Below, one piece after another: positions 44,681 through 55,685 of a DNA stretch of 64,000 bases. Within the stretch, counting starts at the first letter, position 1; each line of letters starts with the position of its first letter. Under the pieces are notes generated by a model, which was given only the letters and a program-made list of their open reading frames with translations, made no database searches and was not told where the DNA came from. This stretch comes from Cyanidioschyzon merolae. Lineage: Eukaryota. The translations under genes and the position numbers were made by a program. The DNA lies in assembly GCA_000091205.1 (NCBI GenBank), contig AP006485.2. One strand, written 5' to 3'.

Positions 44681-44803
44681 TGCGGCAGGTGAGACTCGAA
44701 CTCACGACCTTAGGATAGCTTTCTTGGGCTCGTGTTATGAGACCTACGCGCTGTGGCACTGAAACTGAACTGGACAAAGTTTAACCAACTGCGCTACTGC
44801 CGC
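44681..44803 (-). tRNA. elongator tRNA-Met (anticodon CAU) with a 19-nt intron at the canonical 37/38 position and an additional ~30-nt insertion in the D-loop
   Basis: Minus-strand sequence reads GCGGCAG TA GCGC AGTTGGTTA[AACTTTGTCCAGTTCAGTTTCAGTGCCACA] GCGC G TAGGT CTCATA[ACACGAGCCCAAGAAAGCT]A TCCTA AGGTC GTGAG TTCGAGT CTCAC CTGCCGC A. The 7-bp acceptor stem is perfect, with G1:C72. The D-loop is canonical (A14 G15 ... G18 G19 ... A21). U33 and A37 are present and the T-loop is TTCGAGT. The stem/loop arrangement is collinear with human elongator tRNA-Met, including the 31-39 U:U. Confidence 0.6.
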
Positions 44804-46750
44804 TGATGGGAAATGCTTGCGATAATCTAGATATAAAGCCCATTGCGCCCAGGTTCGTTGCACCGACGGCGCGTGCGTTTGTTCGTGCTCGATTCTGTGC
44901 GCTAGGTTTCACCAACCGTTTCAGCATGATGTCCCTTGTATGGTGCAACTTGATTGAATTCGCACCACTTTGGACAGGTTCGGCCTCGGTGCGCACCTTG
45001 TTGCGCAGATGGGATGCTTGCTTCATGACGTCAGTGCTATGATCCCCTGTCGTGAGGTACAGATGCGCATGAAGCGATAGCGCCCTTTTGCGGGTGCACG
45101 GCTGGTGTGCCGGAATGTGCACTCATCTGGTCAGCGTAAATTTATCATGCGGCATGCTTGCACCCAAGTCGACGTATACACGGACGAGCACGACCTTGCG
45201 TCAGTTATTTTTGGGGTACGGAGTAGGGCGCTGCATGATCGTGTAGACGAACCGGGGGATTCCCGATTGCGCCATGGTTATCGGTATCCGCGAAAGCGTT
45301 CATCATTCTGCACGGGACCGCTGCGTTTCAGGAGCCAATGCCGATAACTTCTTTTCGGAATTAGGGTTTGTTCGTCCAATTTTCCTGGTGCCGAGCGCCT
45401 GCCGTGTGCGCCCACTAGGTTGCCACTAGCGTCGATATGGTTATCGCATGGCAACGGAGCGGCTTTTCCATACCATGATTGAAGAAAGCTCGAGGCATCA
45501 GCCTGCGTGTACACGCCCGCGGGCTCGCGGAACGCGTCTCTCACGGACGACTCGGATATGCACTGGCACCGGAGCTGCTGTATTTGCAGCTGCATACCAA
45601 ATCGATGCTCCTTCGCCTACGAGCTGGTGCGTCACATAAAAAGCAAACGAAATTCCTAGGTACCGTCATATCTTCGGGACGGCACAGCGTTGCAGGTTGG
45701 TCGAGCAGTCGCCCAAACTTTGGTTTGAGGCGACGCGGGTCGACGGACAACATAATGGTAACGCCCGACATGCGGCGGTTCCTGGAGGGTTTCGCCGTTT
45801 TCCTGGACGGCGTAACAGGGAGCACTCGTGATTCAAGCTGACACCGAGACAGCGGCCCCAGGCGGTCACTTTTAGACGTCCATGGTAAGTGCCATAAAAC
45901 AGTGCGAGGCTCTCACGCAGATCCGTGTCGATGATGCTACCAGATACGTTTGCTCATCAGCTTGGCCGCTCTTTCCGACGTTTCCGTGGCCGTATCCACC
46001 TATTCGATGTCCATTGGCAAGCACATTTGGTCATAGAGCACTCGCTAGCAAACAGCATAGCACAGCACTGCAGATCCTCGGCAGTTCCTGGTGCACCGCT
46101 CACACCGGTGACGCATCGCGAGTGCGCACCGCATCCTGTGCCTCGTGCTGAACTAGGTCCGTTTGATCGCATGGCATTCGCGAAAGACGCATGCAGATGG
46201 TGTGTATCGCGTTTGGCAGAGGGCTATGTTATTCAAACCAGTGAACCTGAAACAGTCTGTCATTGAGATGTTTATCGACAAACGCGTGGATGCGGCATCC
46301 TATCGTTCGCGGAGCGTCCTGTCATAGTGCCAGCGAAGAGTCGGAACTCTTACGCGAGCAGAGCTGCATTCGTTTTATTTTGCAAGCAGCCCCGGACCGT
46401 GCAGCTGCTTGCATTCTTCTGCAGATTTACATCCATCGAGGAGCGTCAAATCGTTCCGGCTGAAGCGCACAGAAACGTCGCGCGAAAGCATGTATCCGAG
46501 GATGTCGGGTGACTCCAACGGCGAACAACATCCCAGCCATTGCCGCCTACGATACGATTTGGGTAAGGCGCTTATGGAAACAGGTCGGGCCGATGCAGCC
46601 CATTTATGCACAGGCACTTGCTCTTCGTTGTATTGACCTATAGTGCAGTCCACTGCTATTGCAATGTTCATGTACACATGCTCTAGATTATCTACCGAGA
46701 TCATGCGGGTAGGCCGCAGCGTAGTCTCCAGAAAGCTCATGGAAACAGTT

Positions 46751-48115
46751 TCATGGATGAATAGTATCTTTGAATTCAAAGAACGAGTCATGCATGCGAA
46801 TGAAAGAGTACTCCTCGCATGACCCACAACACCAGTATAAATTAGGTTCTTTGTGAAAGATAGCGAACCCGGCGTGCATAAAACCTCGGAAAAACTCATC
46901 CAATTCTGGGATAGAGGCGAAACCCGCGTGCACTTCGATAAGGACTTGATTCACGTGCCGCAGCGCGTGCCAGGTTCTCAAGGCATATTGCTCTTCAGAG
47001 CTGAGTTCACGTTGGCTCCGTCCTTGGCGAAGGAGCTTGTCGGCTGCCCGGAACGCTCCCAAGAAAGAGGTGAACTCACCACCCTCGATATCGATCTTGA
47101 GCACCTCGACGACGTTTGGCAGCTCCAGGTGACCCAATCCAGACATGATCTCCGCCAGCGAATTGTTGCTCTCAGCCGGGCCAAGCGGCCGGCGAAAAAA
47201 ACGAACGCGTTCCAGAAAGCTCTCGGAGTGCATCGCAGATGGTGGCGATGATGTTGGGTCAAAGACGAAAAAATCGCAGTCCGGCAAGCGTTCATGAAGC
47301 TTCGTTTCGAAACTGAAATCGTCGTTGCTACCAAAACTGTAAACAATGCAGCGATACGGGAGCCTGAGCTGCTCACGAAACAGCCGTCCCCGGTTCAGGA
47401 TAGCAGGTGGGTCGCACACCCATTTGCCACCGTCTCCGTTGTTACCGATCCGTTCCTCTAAGGTACAGCCGATATCCGGTTCCCAGTTATTGTAGAAAAA
47501 AACCGACGGGTTTGGTTCGAGGGTAACGGTCTGGCGCTTTCGCTGACGTTGTGACCGAATCCTCCGTTGGGCCCAGAGCGCGTCCGACTCGCACCAGAAG
47601 CCGAGCGACTCTTTCAGTGCTCGCGTGTCCTTCGAAGTCACTGGTAGGGTCCGGTCCCAAATCTCCGTCAGGGTTTTCGCGTTGCGCAAAGAGCTCCCAC
47701 GACGAAGAGCCCTCGACACGGAGCGAACGCAGCTGTCATCCACGGCGGGAAGATCCGCGCGCTGGACACCACTAGAGCGTCCGTTGAGAACACTAGTAGC
47801 GCGGTATATTACGATAAGAGCATAAATAAGAAAAGTCAAAGCCCCTGAAGCGATGCACGGTTTTCGCCACGTCATGCCGGCCACTGAAAACAAACGTCTT
47901 TCAAAAGAAAAACGTTGCCGCCAACGGTGTACAGTAGTGACGGGAAACGCGCCGTAAGCAAATCGTCTCCAGCTGAGGTGCAGACGCATCCCAGTCTTTT
48001 TCGACCGTCCACCTACTACGTCTTTCATTTTCTTCTCATATAATTCCACTTTGAGAGGTCGCCCCACAGGTTCTCTCGTGTCGAATCTGGAGGTCTTTTC
48101 TCCAGCACCGCACAT
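46751..48115 (-). CDS. type II membrane protein with an FkbM-family (Methyltransf_21) methyltransferase-like domain
   Basis: ATG at 48115 verified. TM ALTFLIYALIVIY. Motifs CIVYSFGSNDDFSFE (GxG-like), CDFFVFDPTSSP (FkbM ...afEPnp-like) and LKIDIEGGEF (FkbM lKiDvEGaE). Confidence 0.55.
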   Translation of the reverse strand: MCGAGEKTSRFDTREPVGRPLKVELYEKKMKDVVGGRSKKTGMRLHLSWRRFAYGAFPVTTVHRWRQRFSFERRLFSVAGMTWRKPCIASGALTFLIYALIVIYRATSVLNGRSSGVQRADLPAVDDSCVRSVSRALRRGSSLRNAKTLTEIWDRTLPVTSKDTRALKESLGFWCESDALWAQRRIRSQRQRKRQTVTLEPNPSVFFYNNWEPDIGCTLEERIGNNGDGGKWVCDPPAILNRGRLFREQLRLPYRCIVYSFGSNDDFSFETKLHERLPDCDFFVFDPTSSPPSAMHSESFLERVRFFRRPLGPAESNNSLAEIMSGLGHLELPNVVEVLKIDIEGGEFTSFLGAFRAADKLLRQGRSQRELSSEEQYALRTWHALRHVNQVLIEVHAGFASIPELDEFFRGFMHAGFAIFHKEPNLYWCCGSCEEYSFIRMHDSFFEFKDTIHP

Positions 48116-48119
48116 CTCC

Positions 48120-50300
48120 TGATATTGATAGCGACATTAAAGTCTCGGTTCACAAACTCCATGCGTTTCTTGCCATCTTTGGTTGTACTTACTAATACAA
48201 GTAGCCCACGAACGTTCGCCCTCCTTTCCATTTGCTCCTCCGTCAGCGGTCCGTACTTTGCTATTTCGTCGGGGCTCCTCTGGCACTTTTCCATCTCGAT
48301 CCTTTGAAGTGTACAACACAGTTCATGGTGTGTATACGATGTTCGGAACTCATCTACAGGTATTGTAACTAACCGGTCTGCACACCCCTTGTACGTTCTT
48401 GTCGTTGGAGCTGGTGTACACTCTTTTTCAGACGCCTAGCGCCCTGCTCCGTATGCTACTACCAGCCTTTGACTTTCATCCTCTTTGAAGGCACTCAGCT
48501 GATTGAAAAAGTTCGCGAACGCACACTGCTTGCCAACGTATAGATTCATACGCAATCGAGACCACCGGGGCTTTGTATACTCTTTCCACAGTGCCTCCCA
48601 ATGACCAACGCGAACTTTCATGAACTCCCGAAAAGCTTGAAAGTCGGCTCCGCGGCTCGTCACCTCGCCCAAAGCTTCCAGGTGCTCTTTCATTCCTGCA
48701 TTCCATGTCTCGATTTCCTTCCACGCATTCTTTATACCGGATTCTCGATAGTATCTCGCTCTCGAGAACCTCAAAAGACGCATGTCTTTCTGAATGAAGT
48801 TGCCGTCTGGACCATCTTCCGCACGCCTGGGTACAGCGATGGCTGTGACATTCGTATTCCCAGGGTCCGCGCCCACGACAAAGTCGTTATACTTCCTTTT
48901 CTGTGTGGCACAATCCGCCTCCTTCTCATCTTCATACCTCGTCACGTCAACGACAACGTCGTCATCCTGCACTTCCTGTGTCGCAGGATCCGTCTCTTTG
49001 TTTTCTTCATGCTTCGTCATGGGCGAAGCCGAAGGCTCGATAGGACGATACGCCCTCAAGCGCTTGCAGTCTACACAAATGGATACTCCATCGGTTTCGA
49101 TCATCCCCGTGAATACCCTCTGCTTGCTAATTTTGAGACGTTTGAAACTGAAGATATTCTTCCAGTACGTCTCCCGGTTTTCACCGGAGAATTCCTCCCT
49201 GCTGGCATTGAACTCGGGACTGATCTACTTCATGATGCCGTAGACGACTCTGGAGCCGATATAAACAAAATGGGGCTGTATGTTCCATAACGGGATGACG
49301 TAGAAGCGCTTCACCATTAGGAAAGCCCTCGGTCTCTCGCGCTCTTCATTTTTTCCTCACTCAGCTTCATCTCCGTCTTGCGTTCGAGTTTTCGGTCCAG
49401 AAACACGAAATACCGCAGAATGAGGCGATAGTGTCTTTCCATATCTTTTTTCAACTCTGGTACCTTTTCTGCTGGATTCGCCAGCCCAAAAACTGCATGG
49501 TGCTCTTGTATTGCCGCACGGATTACAGAAGCTTCATTCGTGCTCCTGCGTGGCGCCTTCTTGTCACCAAATTCGACCTCATCTTCATGCTTACGATCAT
49601 TCGTGATGCCTTGAAAATCGCACATTTTCCATCGCGAGATAGACCCGGGTAGAGTGCAAACACGGCGCGTATCATGAAACGTTCGAGGTTCACTGTCAAA
49701 TGGTGTTTCAGGTCCGTGATTTACTTCATCGCCCCGTATATGTAGATATTTCCGTCACCGCTGTATCGATTACCCTCGAAGGGGAATTCCACGAAGATTT
49801 CGTGGAGAGCATGCACTAGCTCATTTTCCCTCCGCATACCCCCTGTACCAAGCATCAGTTGACGAATAAACGTCTTGTCGAAAAACTCGTCCGAAACCTC
49901 GACTCTTTCCATGTGCGTCACATCGCGATGCATCGCCCTCACCAAATGCATTAGCCCTGACGATGCGTTTATAATACTTTTGGAGTACGAATCGACACAT
50001 GGTCTCTGATAGCGTCTCGCAAATTTTGCTTGTACTGATCCTTGGTATGTCAAAGAAGACCAGCTTTCACCACCATCTCGTCGCACAGGTGTCTTTTTCG
50101 CCGCCTTCGACGTTGGACCTCCCCTTTCGGTCCTTTTTCTTCTCTTCATTTTCTTCTGGACTCGGTACTGTTTTTTATTTTTTTCTGGCAGCCTGCGACA
50201 CTGGGCCTCCAGGATTATGTACTTGCTTTTTCATAACTTTGCTTTTTTAGTTTTTTTAAGAAGAAAGCCCTTTGAACGCTTCTGGTACACACTGCGAAAA
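48120..50300 (-). other. AT-rich island (~2.2 kb) with three co-oriented minus-strand ORFs of no clear homology
   Basis: Base composition is visibly lower in GC than the flanking sequence. ORFs 50149..49721, 49625..49317 and 49104..48436 lie head-to-tail on the minus strand. Confidence 0.5.
48436..49104 (-). CDS. ORF with a RuvC/YqgF/A22-type RNase-H-fold N-terminal motif (G-x-D-P-G-x-x-N...A)
   Basis: ...[21 protein letters not shown]... compared with E. coli RuvC MAIILGIDPGSRVTGYGVI. Downstream acidic catalytic residues could not be assigned by eye. The ORF ends ...LVVAYGAGR*. Confidence 0.3.
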   Translation of the reverse strand: MIETDGVSICVDCKRLRAYRPIEPSASPMTKHEENKETDPATQEVQDDDVVVDVTRYEDEKEADCATQKRKYNDFVVGADPGNTNVTAIAVPRRAEDGPDGNFIQKDMRLLRFSRARYYRESGIKNAWKEIETWNAGMKEHLEALGEVTSRGADFQAFREFMKVRVGHWEALWKEYTKPRWSRLRMNLYVGKQCAFANFFNQLSAFKEDESQRLVVAYGAGR

Positions 50301-51921
50301 AATTTGAGTAGACTTGTTTGAAGTTTGAAACACAAATGCAACCGAAAAACTGTACTTGGCTATGAACTCAACGAAAATACAACTTTTACATCAGAGCGAC
50401 ACGCTAGAGATCAAGATCACGTTTCCAGTCATCGTCGGCGATATGCGTCATGTCTCAAGCCTGTCTGATCTCCCAGCTGCGCTCGCTGTGCGCGATGCGT
50501 GCACCGCGCGAGACGCCTCACCGATCGATGAAGGACACGTGTCCGACACCCCGCCGTGGCACATGCGTGTTCGCATCGCACTGCAGCTGAAATAAAGTCT
50601 CGTAGATCGGAAACTCACGTGGAACGATCTCTTGCTATAGGCTATGTCGCTGATGCACATCGCAGTACGGACCTGACATACAAGGAGATGCAGGGGCCTG
50701 GCACGATTGCCCGCGATGCTTCTATCAAAGGCGTAGTCACTGTAGCACCTTACGCTTGTGCGAGTGAGGTATGCATCACCCTACTGAATAGGAGTTTCGT
50801 TCGTTTTATTGATCGTGAAAAAACTGTGTGCCGTAGTCTTCCCGACTACGGATATACGTTTATTCCCGTTTCTTGCAGTCCATTCCGCTCAGACGCTGGA
50901 ATGAGAAACTGGTTTGAATTGTGTTTCTATCCGGCGCCAGGCCAGCAAGTGTCGAGCAACCCACCGCAAATTCGTTCTGATCGATGGAATGTGCTTACGG
51001 CTCAATGATCCGAGAATTCACGACGAGTACCGACACCCGGGAAATCTGCCGCCATTGCGCACCAGCTCTGCGATTTCCACCAGTCACATCGCGTGCCTCA
51101 TCTCCGACATTCTGCTTTTCCGACGTTCCATTGTGCCCTGCGACTGCCGTGAGCGTTCGAAACAGCGCCCAAACCGCTGGATCGGGCGTAGCACAGAGAC
51201 CGACAGACATACCCCCTACTGGATTGGAGCCGGGAGCCATCGCTCACACGTAGCACTGCTCATTGCCGATCTCATCTGAATACTCCGTGACCACATTATA
51301 GTGATGGAAAGCGGCAACGTCTAAGGCCAGTGAAGAAGAACGTGCAACGAATAGGTCGCAAAACGTGATTCCCCGCAGCATGCGATGTTGGACGATTAGA
51401 CAATTCTCGGCGATGTATAAGTGACTACATAACCGAGTCGTAGCCAGGGCTAATAGTACCGACAGCCCCGCTGCTTTTTTTCTATGAACAGCAGTTTGCC
51501 CCCGTTTTGAATTATCCATATACAAATCTACCAAGTCTACCGAATAAAGTCTCATAAATTGAGACGGCAAAATGCCCCTGGTGGAAGAAACTTTCTCGTT
51601 GCAGTGCGAAATCGATCGTGCGCTGTTCAAGGTGCTGCAGCTACAAGTAGTAGCCTGCCATCTTCTTCGTTCACTCGTGTCGCTTCACCGCAATTTGTAT
51701 CAACCGTTCGAAAACCTCTCATCCAGCGGCTTCTTTGGAGGTACGTCATGGATATCATCCGGGCTGAAATACATGAAAGACGGGACGCTCATGTAGAGAG
51801 CTTTTGAAACTTGCTGTGGTCGGTGCAAGTCGTTCAAGGAACGGACTACGAGAGGGGTACCTCATACGTCTGCTGTCCGCACTATGTCTGGTCTGGACAA
51901 GTAAAGGCGTTTTGCTCCGAA

Positions 51922-51943
51922 GCCAGCCAGCCAGCCAGCCAGC
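51922..51943. repeat. (CCAG)5 microsatellite
   Basis: gccagccagccagccagccagc. Confidence 0.9.
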
Positions 51944-53307
51944 ATAAAGTCATCTCGCGACCTTTCACCGATCTACAATGTACAATCCACGTTTTGAATA
52001 CCTGTGCGAAAAACAAACAATTACACGTTTAGCGTGTTGATACATGTTCTTGCAAGTGCGCTGCTCTGAGTAAAAAGTCTCGTGATCGGTAGGAAGCATT
52101 CAAGATTTTTAACTTCTGAACCGCAACCTCGTGAGAAATTGCCGAGGCGCGGGTACGGCACCCTCCACTAGCGGGAATACGGTCTGTCTGGGAACCTCGT
52201 TCCTCTCTGGTACCGCAGGTGTGCAGTAGTGCATCCCGGATGCGTCCTGATCCTTCGCCCAAAAGACCTGCCGAGTGTGGCACTGCCGATCGCGAGTCTA
52301 AAACTGCTGTCGCTAAGAGCGATACGCAGGGTTCGCTCAGCAAGCACTGGTTGCCCCAGCAAGCGCTTGGGCTGGTATGCACGCCGCTGCAGTGACCCCA
52401 CGTTTGTCTCTTGGTGCTTTTCGTCATGGCTTTTATTCCGAATGATTGAGCATTCACTCAATACCCCAGAGAAAGACCGGGCGGATGGAGGATGATCGTG
52501 ATTGGCTCACGTCCTCCTCGCACGCATTGCTTCTTCGACAGACTCCCCTGACGCGAAATCTAGTCCATGGTCAGGAATCCCGTCTTGCTTGGCTGGTTGT
52601 ATTGATGACGCATCATGCGCATTGCGTGAACGCTTTCAGCTTGCGCTCACAAAGCCGACGGTCTGTAGCCAAATGATGAGGAGGCAGAATCGAGAACGGA
52701 ATACGCTGTCATTTTGGAGCGTCGCACGGAACGCATGCTCTCTATGAAGACCGCGATACTACGCAGGTATCTCGCTAATGATAGGTCGCGTACGAGGCGC
52801 TTGTGCATAGCTGCAACCTGTTACGTGTGCGGAAAGCTGAATGAATGCATCCAAGTGCCGTCTCTGGTTGCGTTTTTGAAAAGAGGGTCCAAACAAAGCC
52901 CCTGTTGTGTGGTCCCGCCCCGATGACTTTGCAAGCCATGCTGTCGGTAGATTCCCTTCGAAAAGAGCTCAACAGCTCGAGCACGATGCTTACGTATGTC
53001 CAGTGATTCAGAGGCGCCTTGCCAGCTGCTAGGAGCAATGCCGGTTGGATCCATGACACACGTCTCGCAGATGCGTCGAGAATGTTGAATGCCCGCAGGG
53101 CCCCGAGTCGAGCGATCAGGGAAGCGCATGCTCGAGGAGCCACACACGCGCCTGACGACCCGCTGATACTCTAGCATATAGACACACAGATCTCAAGACA
53201 CACAAATAAAGAGCCGCAGATATGCGATACACTCACAAGCCAGCGACCTGCACCGCACAGATCTGGCTTCGTGTGTGAAGAGCGCCTCGCCTGTTCATCT
53301 CCGGGGT

Positions 53308-54953
53308 TCACGATGACGTGGAAAATTCAAAGTCTTCGAGATCCGCATCAGCTGCGACGTTCTCAACCGCAGCACCAGGAGAGAGCGGCAAAGCAAATGC
53401 TTGCCTTTCTCTCCGAGTTTTATGCTTCCAGACATGGAACACGACTTCATCGTCAACATCAGCGACCGATAGCGGGGCAGCGTCGGTAGCAGGATTCTCA
53501 TCCATCACAACTTCTTCTGCGCTCGGTGAAGGCTCGCAGACATCAAGATCAAAAGCGTTATCCCAGTTTGAAACGATCTGGGCTCCAAGCTGCTGCGACG
53601 AAGGCAGTCCAACGTGCTTCGGCCACGTATAGTATGGGATTCTGCCAGTTGCCCAATCTTGCACCAGGACTCGAGCTGCTGCTTCGAGATCAAGAACTCC
53701 CGCTTTGCGTAACAACCCACGCCTTTTTGCAAGCAGTGCCAAGAACTGCGTGGCAAAAGATTCCTCTCGAGTAGCTTCGTTTGCAGCAACCATATCGCAC
53801 ATCGAAAATGCAGGCATTTCGTAGAGTAGAGAGAGCGCTCCATCCGCGTTATACTGACATCGTTCGAGTACCAGGCGAGCCGCAGCCACCGGATCGCTGA
53901 GCTCCTCAACAGCGAGAAATCCAGCGAGCGCCATTCGACTTTCGTCTCGAGAGCCAGATGTCGCATTGGCAACTGGCTCGGGTGAGCCCGCGGCTTTCGT
54001 CTGCTCCACCTCCACCACGGGTGCTGGATCGATTTCCTGCACATCGTCCAGCACAACACCAGGCGAGTCCAGCAACCGGATGTTGCTATCAAGCCGAACC
54101 TCCTGCAGTGTTTTGGTGATACCCGGACGGGCGCCAGTCGCCACAGCACCTTGTTCACGGCAGAGGGCGTTCAGTAGACTTGACTTGCCCACATTCGGTT
54201 TGCCGACGATGCCTACAGTGATGGTGCTGCTGGATGATTGCTTGTCCGCACGCCGTTTCGCATAGAGCTTGAGCAGCTGCACCAGCTGCGAGAGCTGTTT
54301 TGGTTGTACTGCGCTACCTGGCTGCCGCGGGCCCCGGTGCTGACCAGTCTGATCGAGGCCTTCATGCATCGCCAATGTCGGGTACTCGGCCCGAAGTCGA
54401 CACAGCCAGGCCTGGAGAGCTTCACGTGGAACCAGGTCCGCTTTGCTGAGCACCAATATCAGCCGTTTCCCGCCAGCAGCTCGCGCACCCTCGTGACGTA
54501 CCAGCAGCTCGAGCGCTGAAGATCGGCTCTCCAGCGGGTTCCGGGCGTCGAGCACCTCGACAACGACATCCGAAAACTCCACGACACGACGAAGCGCTGC
54601 AGCAAAAGACCGCCTCGAGCGCGCAACTTCGCGGAACACCGGAGTCTTCTCGAGTGCATTCGCACCGGATAACGCAGGAGCGGACACGGGCGACTCGCCC
54701 AAGGAGCCCGCTTCTGCCGTCACCGTCGATCGCAGGGCCAGTCGTCGCGCTGCCTGCTCCAGCAACTGCTCCTTTTAGGGTTGAGGTTCGGTACACCGAG
54801 CTCGCGCTGGGCCTTGCGCTGCCCTTTAATCATACCTTCTTGTCGTTGCTTGCGAACCAGGCGCCGCATTCGTCGATTGTGCTCCGCCACTTTCCGCTGC
54901 ACTTTGTACTTGTGCTTTAGCGTTTCTCGTTTGCTATGGCGATGTGGTGCCAT
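53308..54953 (-). CDS. GNL3/nucleostemin/Nug1-like circularly permuted nucleolar GTPase; reading frame is interrupted at a homopolymer (frameshift)
   Basis: N-terminal ORF 54953..54720 (ATG verified) reads MAPHRHSKRETLKHKYKVQRKVAEHNRRMRRLVRKQRQEGMIKGQRKAQRELGVPNLNPK, matching GNL3 (CHKRYKIQKKVREHHRKLRKEAKK...GVPNSAPFKEE). The body ORF 54765..53308 is in a different frame: ...FSDVVVEVLDARNPLESRS...ILVLSKADLVPRE...GIVGKPNVGKSSLLNAL...DSPGVV (G5-G4-G1-G2-G3 order, DARxP). The two frames join if the T4 run at 54774..54777 (A4 on the coding strand) were one base longer, giving ...VPNLNPKKEQLLEQAARRLAL.... Confidence 0.75.
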
Positions 54954-55685
54954 ATCGCCGTCTTCTCAGAGCACGATTCGAGATTCCAGACGCACCTCTT
55001 TGGAAAAAGACCAATGCTGTACCGAGTCGGTGAAAATGCAAGCAACCGAGAAGCGCTGATAAAGGGATCGCAGCTGAGCAGTCCGCGACGCGAGGCCTAT
55101 CGTACATATGTGTCCATAAAAATACGTAAATGTACCTGTTATAACGAGTCCACACACCACCAATCGTGCGAGGGCGGATGCGCATTGCGTCATCCGCAAT
55201 GGCAACAGCGTTTGGCAAGCTGTCCCTTATATTCATTAAAATACATAAAGATACAGATAGGAACCACAGCGTCCAGGTTCATTTGTGGGAGCGCCCAGGG
55301 CGAAGCTCGCTTGACTCGAACTACGTTCTTCATACACTCCAGCATCGTACCAACTTGGCGGTGAAGGTGTATCCAGTACGCCCCGGTCCCTGCATCGGGC
55401 GAGCACTTTGATCCAGGATTTTTCAGCTCAAAGCCCTCGTTGTTGGACAGCTGTCACGCGCTTCAAGGAGGAGACACTGCTCCCGCAACGCTACTTGCAC
55501 TGATCACCTGGGTAAACGCCGCCTGTTGTGCTGCGCAGCCTCGACGCACCTGTGGCGGTGTTTGTCTAGTCCTTTTCCATTCGACATTGACTGAAACGGA
55601 CTTTCGCTCTGCCCAAATCGCCTACCGTGTTCGTGGAAACAAGTCTCTTCGTCGACACGAGGCTCTGACTGCGTCGCACGCTTCC

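Noticed and set aside
53505-54158. 217-aa ORF nested inside the GNL3-like gene in another frame
   Set aside because: It is fully contained within a GTPase CDS that has clear G-motif support. It is spurious.
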